Program-made: the position numbers and the translations under genes
Part shown: piece by piece, positions 43,753 through 52,313 of the stretch
How the letters are laid out: each line of letters starts with the position of its first letter
How positions within the stretch are numbered: the first letter of the stretch is position 1
Origin: Acutalibacteraceae bacterium
Lineage (GTDB): Bacteria; Bacillota; Clostridia; Oscillospirales; Acutalibacteraceae
Direction: 5' to 3'
DNA length: 64,000 nt
Assembly (NCBI GenBank): GCA_045651765.1
Contig: JAZRSY010000008.1
Coordinates: 35,388 to 99,387 of the forward strand
Notes under the pieces: generated by a model
Database searches by the model: none
What the model was told of the DNA's origin: nothing
The model's input: only the letters and a program-made list of their open reading frames with translations

Positions 43753-46130
43753 TAACTTTCTTCGCTTGCCTGTTTTTCTAATAACTGTTCTTTAGTTATT
43801 AACACCTGGCGTGGTTTAGAGCCTTCATATGGGCCAACAACGCCTCGTTCTTCCATAACATCTATTAGTCTTGCGGCACGGGCATAACCCAACTTTAACT
43901 TGCGTTGTAAAAGTGAGGTTGATGCTTGACCAATTTCTACCACCGTTTCAATTGCGGCCGAAAGCATTGGGTCATCATCCAACGCATCGTCCGAAAGTCC
44001 GGTTTTTTGCTTTTTATCTATGGCGGCTTGGCGTTCTATTTCGTGCATAACATTTTCGTCATAATCACTTGTATGGTCGCCTTTAATATAGTTTACAACG
44101 GCCTCTACCTCGTCGTCGCTTACAAAGCAACCCTGAAGTCTGCTTGCCTTGGCGGCGCCCATTGGGTTAAAGAGCATATCGCCACGGCCTAATAATTTTT
44201 CGGCGCCGGCAACATCTAATATAGTTCGACTGTCAACCTGGCTTGAAACCGCAAAGGCAATACGGGTGGGTATGTTGGCTTTGATTACACCCGTTACAAC
44301 ATCAACCGACGGCCTTTGGGTTGCTATGAGCAGGTGCATACCCGCAGCACGAGCCTTGGCGGCAATGCGGTTAATGGAATCTTCCACTTCACCGGGTGCT
44401 GTCATCATAAGGTCGGCCAACTCATCAATAATAATAACAATATGCGGCATTTTTGGGGTGTCTTGATTTTCTTCGGCAAATTTGTTATAGCCTGTTAAAT
44501 CCCTAACGCCTGTTTCGGCAAACAGAGCATAGCGTTTTTCCATTTCGGTAACGGCCCAGCTAAGCGCACCCGACGCTTTTCGAGGATCGGTAACAACAGG
44601 CACCAACAAATGCGGTATGCCATTGTAAATGCCAAGTTCTACAACCTTTGGGTCTATCATAAGCAGTTTAACTTCTTCGGGGGTGGCTTTATATAAAATA
44701 CTCATAATAATTGAGTTTATACAAACCGATTTACCCGAGCCTGTGGCACCGGCAATAAGGCCGTGCGGCATTTTTGCAATATCGGTAACAACGGCCTTGC
44801 CGCCAATATCACGGCCAAGCGCCACGGTAAGTTTGCTTTTAGAGCCTGTGAATAACGGCGACTCTAAAATTTCGCGCACACCAACAACATTGCTTTGTTT
44901 GTTTGGTACCTCAATACCAACGGCAGCCTTGTTAGGAATGGGGGCTTCAATTCTAACCCCTGCTGTAGCAAGGTTTAGGGCAATATCGTCGGCCAAGTTT
45001 GTAATTTTACTTATTTTTACGCCGGCGCAAGGTTGCAACTCATAACGGGTTACGGTTGGGCCACGACTAATATCAACAATACGGGTTTCAACGCCAAAAC
45101 TGCGCAGGGTTTCTACGAGATGCGAGGCTGTCGAGTCTAAATCGGCCCCTGTTGCAGCAGAATTTTCAAAAACGGGTGGCTTTAAAAGTGATAGCGGCGG
45201 GAATTTATATGTATCGTCATCGGCCAATACCATAGTATTTTTGGCCTGAGCAGTTTCGATTTCTTGCTCAACTGCCAATTTTTCGGCCTCGGTAAGTTCG
45301 GGCACCTTTTGTGCCTCTTTGGCGGTTTCGGCTAAGGCGTCGGATATTTTAGGTTGTTCGGCAGTGTCATTACCGTTATAAGCATCTACAACCTTTCTTT
45401 GTTTTTCGCTTAATGTTAAATTATCATTTTCGCGTTTTTCGGGGATATCATCTACCGGGATATCAACTTGGGACCTTTGTTTTCTAACACCTTCGCTTTT
45501 TGCCTCGGCAAAGCGGGCAAATGCGTCGCCTGCGTGGTCTTCAATGTGCTTAACGGGTTTGGCCATTGCCTTAAAAAATGCAATAAGGGTGGTGCCTGTA
45601 ATTAACATTAAAATAACAAACAACAATAAAATTATGGTAATTACTGCGCCTGTTCTGCCAAAAAGCAGATAAAGCGGTTGACCTAACAAAGCGCCAAAAA
45701 ATCCGCCGCTTTTTATATTAACGCCCGAAACATAAGCCGCTTTTAAGTGCTCCCAAAATGTTAGTGCTTCGTTGTGTTTTGTAAAAATATCTACAGCGGC
45801 GCCCACAAGCATAACAAGTATGCCCGATTCCACCACCTTGGCATAAATTGAGCCGTAAAACCTATTAAGTGCAAACATTACGGCAACAAACCCAAGCAGC
45901 ACCGGATAAAAATACGCCGTTACACCAAATATACCAAAAATAATATTATGTAAACCGTTCCAAGCATTTTCGCCCGGAACTATAATAACGGCCATTAAAA
46001 ACACAGCAACGGCAAACCATACTATTGAAAGCACCTGCCTTTTTGCGTTGTTTTCGGCTGTTCTGCGTTCGTTTGCTATTTTTGTTGCTGTGGAACTGCC
46101 CCTTGGCCTTCCCCTTTTTTTAGCAGCCAT
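43752..46130 (-). CDS. ftsK: DNA translocase FtsK/SpoIIIE
   Basis: 792 aa. It has 4-5 N-terminal TM helices, a linker, a motor domain with Walker A GATGSGKS and Walker B IIIDELADL, and a C-terminal gamma winged-helix (LLQRKLKLGYARAARLIDVMEERGVV). Confidence 0.95.
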   Translation of the reverse strand: MAAKKRGRPRGSSTATKIANERRTAENNAKRQVLSIVWFAVAVFLMAVIIVPGENAWNGLHNIIFGIFGVTAYFYPVLLGFVAVMFALNRFYGSIYAKVVESGILVMLVGAAVDIFTKHNEALTFWEHLKAAYVSGVNIKSGGFFGALLGQPLYLLFGRTGAVITIILLLFVILMLITGTTLIAFFKAMAKPVKHIEDHAGDAFARFAEAKSEGVRKQRSQVDIPVDDIPEKRENDNLTLSEKQRKVVDAYNGNDTAEQPKISDALAETAKEAQKVPELTEAEKLAVEQEIETAQAKNTMVLADDDTYKFPPLSLLKPPVFENSAATGADLDSTASHLVETLRSFGVETRIVDISRGPTVTRYELQPCAGVKISKITNLADDIALNLATAGVRIEAPIPNKAAVGIEVPNKQSNVVGVREILESPLFTGSKSKLTVALGRDIGGKAVVTDIAKMPHGLIAGATGSGKSVCINSIIMSILYKATPEEVKLLMIDPKVVELGIYNGIPHLLVPVVTDPRKASGALSWAVTEMEKRYALFAETGVRDLTGYNKFAEENQDTPKMPHIVIIIDELADLMMTAPGEVEDSINRIAAKARAAGMHLLIATQRPSVDVVTGVIKANIPTRIAFAVSSQVDSRTILDVAGAEKLLGRGDMLFNPMGAAKASRLQGCFVSDDEVEAVVNYIKGDHTSDYDENVMHEIERQAAIDKKQKTGLSDDALDDDPMLSAAIETVVEIGQASTSLLQRKLKLGYARAARLIDVMEERGVVGPYEGSKPRQVLITKEQLLEKQASEES

Positions 46131-46141
46131 ATTTACACCCC

Positions 46142-46810
46142 TTAATTTTCTATTAATTCATATAATTTTTTAATGGCGTCGGACAACGAGCCTAAATAAT
46201 CTATTAACCCCTCTTTAACGGCGGCTGTGCCGTTTAAAACCGAGCCAACATCGGTAACCAGTTCGCCCGTGTTCATCATAAGTTTTGTGAACCGCTCACT
46301 ATTAATGGCAGAGTGGCTTGTTACAAACTCGGTAATGCGGTTTTGCATTCGTTCAAAGTGGTTCATGGTTTGCGGAACACCCAGCACCAATCCGTTCATT
46401 CTAACGGGATGAATGGTCATGGTGGCCGATGGCACTATGAACGATTTTTTTGCTGAGACTGCCAGCGGAACACCAATTGAATGGCCACCGCCAAGCACCA
46501 ACGAAACGGTTGGTTTTTTCATGCCGGCAATAAGTTCGGCAATGGCTAATCCTGCCTCCACATCGCCACCCACGGTGTTTAAAATAATTAAAAGCCCTTC
46601 TATTGAATTATCTTGCTCTATATTAACGAGCAACGGAATAATGTGCTCATATTTAGTGGATTTGCTTTGTTCGGGCAGTGCAGTGTGTCCTTCAATTTCA
46701 CCGACAATTACAATACATTGTATTTTATGTGGCGAATTTTCGGGGCAGACGGTGCCAAAATCTTCAATATTTTCTAAAATGCTTTTATCTTCATTTTGCT
46801 TGTTTTTCAT
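46142..46810 (-). CDS. ClpP-fold serine protease-like protein (TepA-like)
   Basis: 222 aa. The ClpP-like core reads LNTVGGDVEAGLAIAELI...GGGHSIGVPL...MTIHPV, with Ser and His at the catalytic positions. It is adjacent to ftsK/spoIIIE, as tepA is in Bacillus. Confidence 0.7.
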   Translation of the reverse strand: MKNKQNEDKSILENIEDFGTVCPENSPHKIQCIVIVGEIEGHTALPEQSKSTKYEHIIPLLVNIEQDNSIEGLLIILNTVGGDVEAGLAIAELIAGMKKPTVSLVLGGGHSIGVPLAVSAKKSFIVPSATMTIHPVRMNGLVLGVPQTMNHFERMQNRITEFVTSHSAINSERFTKLMMNTGELVTDVGSVLNGTAAVKEGLIDYLGSLSDAIKKLYELIEN

Positions 46811-46896
46811 AATATCAGTCCTCCAACTATATTATTGGAAAAACAACTTTAAAGATACATTTTATTATAACAAATTTTAACACATAATTCAAGATT

Positions 46897-46931
46897 TAAA
46901 AAACCGCAGTTAAAAAATAACCGCGGTTTTT
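46897..46931 (-). terminator. Terminator after clpC
   Basis: AAAAAACCGC...GCGGTTTTTT with a long A-rich loop, 3 nt downstream of the clpC stop. Confidence 0.6.
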
Positions 46932-46933
46932 TG

Positions 46934-49372
46934 TTATTCAAATACATATTGACCGTTTTGGTAACTGCAGGTAACCGAATCGCCTTTTTTAATGGTGCCT
47001 TCAAGCATTAATTCGCTTAATTTGTCTTCAATATTATTTTGTATTGCGCGCCTTAACGGACGGGCGCCATAAACGGCATCGTACCCTTCGTTTGCCACGG
47101 CACTCACGGCAGATTCTTTGAACTCGGCCGTAATTCCAAGGTTTTTAAGTTTTTCAGCCAAATTTTCCAACATATTTTGAGCAATGGTTGTTATTTGCTC
47201 GGTGCTTAATTTGTGGAAAACTATGGTATCGTCAATGCGGTTTAAAAATTCGGGCCTAAAGGTCTTTTTAAGTTCGGCTATTACAAGGCTTTTTATATTG
47301 TCGTAATCGGTGTCGCTGCCTTGCTCCACACCAAAACCAAAGGCCTGCTTTTTTTCGGTTATAAGGCGGGCACCAATGTTAGATGTCATAATAATAACGG
47401 TGTTTTTAAAATCTACCTTACGGCCGGCCGAATCGGTTAAGATGCCATCGTCTAATATTTGCAACAAAATATTAAAAACATCGGGGTGGGCCTTTTCAAT
47501 CTCGTCAAAAAGCACCACAGAATATGGTTTTTTCCTAACCTGCTCGGTAAGTTGGCCGCCCTCTTCAAACCCAATGTAACCGGGCGGCGAACCAATCAAG
47601 CGTGAAACGGTGTGTTTTTCCATATATTCCGACATATCCAGCCTTATTATTGCCGATTCATTGCCAAACATGGCCTCGGCCAAGGCTTTGCAAAGCTCGG
47701 TTTTGCCAACACCCGTGGGGCCTAAAAATATAAACGAGCCTATTGGCCTGTTTGGGTCTTTAAGGCCGACTCTGCCGCGGCGTATTGCCTTGGAAACTGC
47801 CTTAACGGCCTCGTTCTGACCAACAATGCGGCCATGCAAAACATTTTCTAAATTAAGAAGCCTTTGGCTTTCGGACTCGGTTAACTGTGTAACCGGAACG
47901 CCACTCCAGGCCGATACAATATTGGCAATATCTTCGGCGTCCACCACGCCGTTGGCCGTTTCACCCTTCCATTCGGTGCGGTTTTGGTTTAATTTTAAAT
48001 TAAGTTCTCGTTCGCGGTCGCGCAGACTTGCCGCTAATTCAAAATCTTGGCTGTTAATGGCAGCCTCTTTTTGTTTGGAAATATCGGCAATTTGCGCCTC
48101 TAAATTTTTAATATCCTGTGGGGCCACCGAATTTTTAAGCCGCACCTTAGAGCCCGCTTCGTCAATTAAATCTATTGCCTTGTCGGGCAAATATCGGTCG
48201 GTTATATAACGGGCTGAGAGTTCTACCGCTGCCTTAATGGCTTGGTCGGTAAACTTAACCGAATGGTGTTGCTCGTATTTTTGTATTAACCCTTTTAATA
48301 TTAAAATCGAATCTTCGGTGCTTGGCTCGCCAACATTTACAGGCTGAAAGCGGCGCTCTAAGGCCGAGTCTTTTTCAATATATTTGCGGTATTCATTCAG
48401 CGTTGTGGCACCTATAACCTGCATTTCGCCTCGGGCGAGTGATGGTTTTAATATATTTGCGGCGTCGGTAGAGCCTTCTGCCGAGCCTGCGCCCACAATG
48501 TTATGAATTTCGTCTATAAACAAAATAACATCTTGGTTTTTAATAACCTCATCAATTACCGCCTTAATTCTTTCTTCAAAATCTCCCCTATATTTTGTGC
48601 CGGCCACCATACCTGTTAAATCAAGCGACACAACCCTTTTATTAAGCAAAATTTCGGGGACATCGTTTTGTGAAATCTTAAGTGCCAAGCCCTCGGCAAT
48701 GGCGGGTTTGCCAACGCCCGGCTCGCCGATTAAGCAAGGGTTGTTTTTTTGGCGGCGACATAAAATTTGTATAACCCTTTCTATTTCGTCGCTCCTGCCA
48801 ATAACGGGGTCGATTTTGCCGTTTTTAGCGGCAGCGGTTAAATCTCGGCCGTATTTTTCAAGGGTTGGGGTTTTGCCGTTTTTGTTTTCGGGTTTGTTTT
48901 CAAAATTACTGTTGCCGTTATATTCATTACTTACCCCTGCAGCATTAAGTGCGGCCGAGGTTAAAAAAGCAACATCTACACCCAGTTTATTAATAAACCT
49001 GATGGCGTAATTATCATTTTCACTTAAAATTCCAATAAGCAAATGTTCGGTGCCAACCTGTTTTTTGTTAAGATTAAAGGCTCCGTTTGTGGCAACCTCG
49101 ATGGCCTTTTTAGCCCTTTGGGTAAAATAATCGGGTGAAAGATTTGTAACATTGCCCTTGCCAATGGTTTTTACAATTAAATCCTCAATTTTTTCGGCAG
49201 TTATATTGTTTTTTACAAGTATTGTCGAGGCAACACCGCTGCCGCCCTTTAAAATACCAAGTAAAATATGTTCGCTGCCAATATATGTGTGCCCCATTAA
49301 TTCTGCCGAGCTTATTGCTAAGTTCAAGGCCTCGTTGGCCTTTTGGGTAAACCCGTTAAAATTATATTTCAT
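46934..49372 (-). CDS. clpC: ATP-dependent Clp protease ATP-binding subunit ClpC (D1 Walker A reads GKP, not GKT)
   Basis: 812 aa. It has N-terminal Clp_N repeats, D1 ([15 protein letters not shown], Walker B ILFIDEIH), a UVR-like M-domain, and D2 ([26 protein letters not shown]). It is the last gene of ctsR-mcsA-mcsB-clpC. Confidence 0.95.
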   Translation of the reverse strand: MKYNFNGFTQKANEALNLAISSAELMGHTYIGSEHILLGILKGGSGVASTILVKNNITAEKIEDLIVKTIGKGNVTNLSPDYFTQRAKKAIEVATNGAFNLNKKQVGTEHLLIGILSENDNYAIRFINKLGVDVAFLTSAALNAAGVSNEYNGNSNFENKPENKNGKTPTLEKYGRDLTAAAKNGKIDPVIGRSDEIERVIQILCRRQKNNPCLIGEPGVGKPAIAEGLALKISQNDVPEILLNKRVVSLDLTGMVAGTKYRGDFEERIKAVIDEVIKNQDVILFIDEIHNIVGAGSAEGSTDAANILKPSLARGEMQVIGATTLNEYRKYIEKDSALERRFQPVNVGEPSTEDSILILKGLIQKYEQHHSVKFTDQAIKAAVELSARYITDRYLPDKAIDLIDEAGSKVRLKNSVAPQDIKNLEAQIADISKQKEAAINSQDFELAASLRDRERELNLKLNQNRTEWKGETANGVVDAEDIANIVSAWSGVPVTQLTESESQRLLNLENVLHGRIVGQNEAVKAVSKAIRRGRVGLKDPNRPIGSFIFLGPTGVGKTELCKALAEAMFGNESAIIRLDMSEYMEKHTVSRLIGSPPGYIGFEEGGQLTEQVRKKPYSVVLFDEIEKAHPDVFNILLQILDDGILTDSAGRKVDFKNTVIIMTSNIGARLITEKKQAFGFGVEQGSDTDYDNIKSLVIAELKKTFRPEFLNRIDDTIVFHKLSTEQITTIAQNMLENLAEKLKNLGITAEFKESAVSAVANEGYDAVYGARPLRRAIQNNIEDKLSELMLEGTIKKGDSVTCSYQNGQYVFE

Positions 49373-49400
49373 TTAAAGCACCTCTTAAAATTAAATTACA

Positions 49401-50408
49401 TTACAAGGCTTCCCTTATAAAGCTCGCCCTTTTTATGTCACGCTCGCGAGAATCTAGTTCGCCAAACGCACGCATTAACATATTGGGTTGGCCTTCTACT
49501 AATAATTTTATGGGCAAGGAAGCATCTATATTAATTATGCCCATGCCAACACCTAATTTAATCAGCGATAAATGTCTTAGCATTTCTTTGCTGCTTAAAA
49601 GTCGTGCATTTTTTAAAATTCCAAAGGCCCTGAAAATTTCATCTTCTAAAAGTTGTTTGTCGGTTTTTTCGCGGGCCTCTAATTCTTTGGCAATAAACTG
49701 TTTTGCAATGGCCTCAAGGTTATCAAGGGCGTCTTGCTCGGTTATTCCCAAAGTGATTTGGTTAGAAAGTTGGTATAAATTTGCCCCTGCGTTGCTGCCC
49801 TCGCCATAAAGGCCGCGCATTGTAAACCCAATTTTATTAACCGATTCGGTAAGTTCCCTTACTGCCGAAGAATAATCAAGCATTGGTAAATGCATCATTA
49901 CCGACGCCCTAAGGCCTGTGCCAATGTTGGTTGGGCATTCAGTTAAAAAACCAAGTTCACTGTTATATGCAAAACCTAATTTTTGGCAAAGCAATGTGTC
50001 TAACCTTTCGGCAATGTCGTAAGCCTCTTTTAAATTAAGGCCTGTTTTTAAAACCTGAATTCTAAGGTGGTCTTCTTCGCCAATCATCACCGAAACCGAT
50101 TCGTCTTCCGAAATTATTATGCCGCGTGTGCTGTAAGAACCAGCAAACTCAGGGCTTATTATATGGCGTTCTACCATGGCATAAACTTCGCGCTCGGGCA
50201 CATCGCCCATATCAATATACCTTAAATTTTTGGCAAAAGGAGCGTTAATTTCAAGCAACGCTTTTTTTACCTTTTGGGTCATCTCGGACCGTTGTTGCTC
50301 GCTCATTTTAGAGGGAAACGGAAACCCTGTAATGTTGCGGGCTAATCTTATGCGTGAGGTAACTATAATGTCCGATTCCGGCCCTATTTCATTATACCAA
50401 TTAGCCAT
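49401..50408 (-). CDS. mcsB: Protein arginine kinase McsB
   Basis: 335 aa. Phosphagen-kinase-like motifs EEDHLRIQ and CPTNIGTGLRASVM. Confidence 0.94.
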   Translation of the reverse strand: MANWYNEIGPESDIIVTSRIRLARNITGFPFPSKMSEQQRSEMTQKVKKALLEINAPFAKNLRYIDMGDVPEREVYAMVERHIISPEFAGSYSTRGIIISEDESVSVMIGEEDHLRIQVLKTGLNLKEAYDIAERLDTLLCQKLGFAYNSELGFLTECPTNIGTGLRASVMMHLPMLDYSSAVRELTESVNKIGFTMRGLYGEGSNAGANLYQLSNQITLGITEQDALDNLEAIAKQFIAKELEAREKTDKQLLEDEIFRAFGILKNARLLSSKEMLRHLSLIKLGVGMGIINIDASLPIKLLVEGQPNMLMRAFGELDSRERDIKRASFIREAL

Positions 50409-50410
50409 TT

Positions 50411-50902
50411 TTATTTCTCCTTTGCTTCTAATTCTTTAATTTCGTCGCGCACCTTTGCGGCGGCTTCAAATTCTTCGCGGGCCACAAGGTCGTTTAAATG
50501 TTGTTTTAAAAGCGCTATTCGGTTGGGTTCTGCCACGGCCAGCGGTGCGCTGTTGGGCACCTTGCCAATGTGTTTTATGCTGCCGTGTACCCTTTTAATA
50601 TATGGCAATAAATCGTTATAAAATTCGTTATAACACTCGGCACAGCCCACCTTGCCCGACTCGATAATCTCGCTAAAACTGGTGCCGCAACCTGCGCACC
50701 TTTTGGTGTTAAGACCTGCATTTTCGGTTAGCATATCGCCCAAAAATGACGACAACATCCCGGCAATGCTGCCACTGCCAAGACCTGTAAAGCCCAACTT
50801 GGCGGCGCAACTGCCACATAAATATTTTTGGGTTGAAACCCCGTTTATTACCTTTTTTATATGGGTTGTAGCGGTGTTTTTACCGCAGTTTTCACATAAC
50901 AT
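50411..50902 (-). CDS. mcsA: McsA (McsB activator; zinc-finger plus UVR domain)
   Basis: 163 aa. CENCGK...CGSCA and CAGCG...CAECY zinc motifs, with a C-terminal UVR motif EEFEAAAKVRDEIKELE. Confidence 0.92.
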   Translation of the reverse strand: MLCENCGKNTATTHIKKVINGVSTQKYLCGSCAAKLGFTGLGSGSIAGMLSSFLGDMLTENAGLNTKRCAGCGTSFSEIIESGKVGCAECYNEFYNDLLPYIKRVHGSIKHIGKVPNSAPLAVAEPNRIALLKQHLNDLVAREEFEAAAKVRDEIKELEAKEK

Positions 50903-50916
50903 AATAATTTTCCCCC

Positions 50917-51369
50917 TTAAAGTTGTGTTAAAAGCATTTGCTTAAGTAATGCTGCTCGCAATTCGTCGCGATATTCTATCGGAACGGTACGAAGCGCAGT
51001 GTCGGCCACAACCGACTTAAAAATTCTGGCGGCTTCATCGTTAATTAAAGAAGATTGCAAACAATTCTCTATAAGTATACGCGCTGAAAAGGCATCTATG
51101 GCAGTGCCAAGTGAATTTATTATATGCATTATTGCAGAAGAACGGTTTAAAGTTACCCTTTTAATGCGAATATATCCGCCGCCGCCACGCCTACTCTCTA
51201 TAATATAGCCGTGCTCGGGTGTAAAACGCGAAGACAACACATAGTTAATTTGGCTGGGCACACAACCCATTAAGCCTGCAAACTCGTTACGTTGAATTTC
51301 GGCGGTATTGTCTTCTGAACTGTTTAACAATTTTATAATTTCTTCGGTTATTAAATCACTTAATCGCAT
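50917..51369 (-). CDS. ctsR: Class III stress-gene repressor CtsR
   Basis: 150 aa. MRLSDLITEEIIKLL...RNEFAGLMGCVPSQINYVLSSRFTPEHGYIIESRRGGGGYIRI is the canonical CtsR HTH plus glycine-rich loop. Confidence 0.95.
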   Translation of the reverse strand: MRLSDLITEEIIKLLNSSEDNTAEIQRNEFAGLMGCVPSQINYVLSSRFTPEHGYIIESRRGGGGYIRIKRVTLNRSSAIMHIINSLGTAIDAFSARILIENCLQSSLINDEAARIFKSVVADTALRTVPIEYRDELRAALLKQMLLTQL

Positions 51370-51386
51370 TTGATTTATCCCTTTCG

Positions 51387-51403
51387 TTTGACTTTAATTG
51401 ACC
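51387..51403 (-). promoter_or_regulatory. CtsR operator 1 (GGTCAAT-TAA-AGTCAAA on minus)
   Basis: A direct heptad repeat matching the consensus A/GGTCAAA-NAN-A/GGTCAAA, just downstream of the candidate -10 of ctsR. Confidence 0.85.
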
Positions 51404-51414
51404 TTCTAATTATT

Positions 51415-51442
51415 ATTATACACAAAGGTCAAAAAAAGTCAA
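51415..51442 (-). promoter_or_regulatory. Sigma-A promoter of the ctsR operon (TTGACT-N16-TATAAT on minus)
   Basis: The minus strand reads TTGACT (51437-51442) and TATAAT (51415-51420). Both CtsR operators abut or overlap it. Confidence 0.65.
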
Positions 51443-51443
51443 A
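51427..51443 (+). promoter_or_regulatory. CtsR operator 2 (GGTCAAA-AAA-AGTCAAA, plus-strand orientation)
   Basis: Matches the heptad-repeat consensus but is inverted relative to operator 1. It overlaps the -35 and spacer of the ctsR promoter. Confidence 0.85.
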
Positions 51444-51510
51444 CACTTTTTTTGTGTAACACAAAAAATTTTTCGGCATAGAATAAAGTAGTTGAAAGGA
51501 GGTCTGTAAA

Positions 51511-51633
51511 ATGTGTTGCAATTCTTTCGGCGGTAACAACTGCACTTGGATTCTTATTGTAATCCTTCTTCTCATCTGCTGTGGCGGTAACGGCGGTTGT
51601 GATAACGGTTGTGGTAACAATGGCTGCTGCTAA
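51511..51633 (+). CDS. Unlisted 40-aa Cys/Gly/Asn-rich small membrane peptide (YjcZ-like sporulation peptide?)
   Basis: Below the ORF-track length cut-off. AAGGAGG RBS at 51497-51503, 7 nt before the ATG. The translation is MCCNSFGGNNCTWILIVILLLICCGGNGGCDNGCGNNGCC. TAA stop at 51631-51633, with a strong terminator at 51654-51688. Confidence 0.7.
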   Translation: MCCNSFGGNNCTWILIVILLLICCGGNGGCDNGCGNNGCC

Positions 51634-51653
51634 TTTTTTTAAAATTAACGGCA

Positions 51654-51688
51654 AAAATCCCTGCAAAAGCAGGGATTTTTATTTTTTC
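51654..51688 (+). terminator. Intrinsic terminator after the small Cys-rich ORF
   Basis: AAAATCCCTGC-aaaa-GCAGGGATTTTTATTTTTT. Confidence 0.88.
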
Positions 51689-51747
51689 TTTACATTTTTA
51701 AAAAATTGTTATATATTTATTTTATAAAACAAACAGGAGTATACAAT

Positions 51748-52266
51748 ATGGATTTTTTAGAATTTGCCAAAAACAGATTTTCGGTTAGAAAATTTACACA
51801 AGAGCCGGTAAAACAAGAGCATATAGAAAAAATTTTAGATGCTGCAGCGCTGGCGCCCACAGGTTGCAACCTGCAACCGCAAAGAATTTTAGTTATTAAC
51901 AACCAAACAACACTAGAAAAACTAAAAAATTGCACACGCTGCCATTTTGATTGCACCGCTGCTTTTTTGGTTTGCTGCAACACTAAAGAAAGTTGGGTTA
52001 GAAAATACGATGGCGCAACAAGCGGCATAATTGATACATCTATTGTTGCCACACATATGATGTTAGAATCACACAATTTGGGCCTCGGCTGCACCTGGGT
52101 TATGCACTTTAACCCCCAGGCCATGCGCGAAGAATTTAACATACCAAGTTGTTTAGTGCCTGTTGCTTTGCTGGTTATGGGCTACCCCGCAAAAGACGCC
52201 GAACCGCTTGAAATGCACTTTAAAAGCAAAGAAAAACAAGAATTTGTTTTTTACAATGAATTTTAA
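51748..52266 (+). CDS. Nitroreductase-family (FMN-dependent) oxidoreductase
   Basis: ORF 51706..52266. The ATG at 51748 (MDFLEFAKNRFSVRKF...) follows an AGGAG RBS. RFSVRKF and APTGCNLQPQRILVI are typical nitroreductase N-terminal motifs. Confidence 0.88.
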   Translation: MDFLEFAKNRFSVRKFTQEPVKQEHIEKILDAAALAPTGCNLQPQRILVINNQTTLEKLKNCTRCHFDCTAAFLVCCNTKESWVRKYDGATSGIIDTSIVATHMMLESHNLGLGCTWVMHFNPQAMREEFNIPSCLVPVALLVMGYPAKDAEPLEMHFKSKEKQEFVFYNEF

Positions 52267-52273
52267 ATAATAA

Positions 52274-52306
52274 AAAAACACCCGAGGTTAAACCTCGGGT
52301 GTTTTT
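52274..52306. terminator. Bidirectional terminator (nitroreductase on plus, 8-gene ABC locus on minus)
   Basis: AAAAACACCCGAGG-ttaaa-CCTCGGGTGTTTTT. Confidence 0.9.
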
Positions 52307-52313
52307 ATTTAAT

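Noticed and set aside
51429-51666. Minus-strand ORFs of 63 and 75 aa (Pro/Gln-rich or Thr/Val-rich).
   Set aside because: They are the antisense reading of the Gly/Cys/Asn codons of the plus-strand 40-aa ORF. Neither has an RBS, and they would run into the ctsR promoter. The plus-strand ORF has an AAGGAGG RBS and a terminator.
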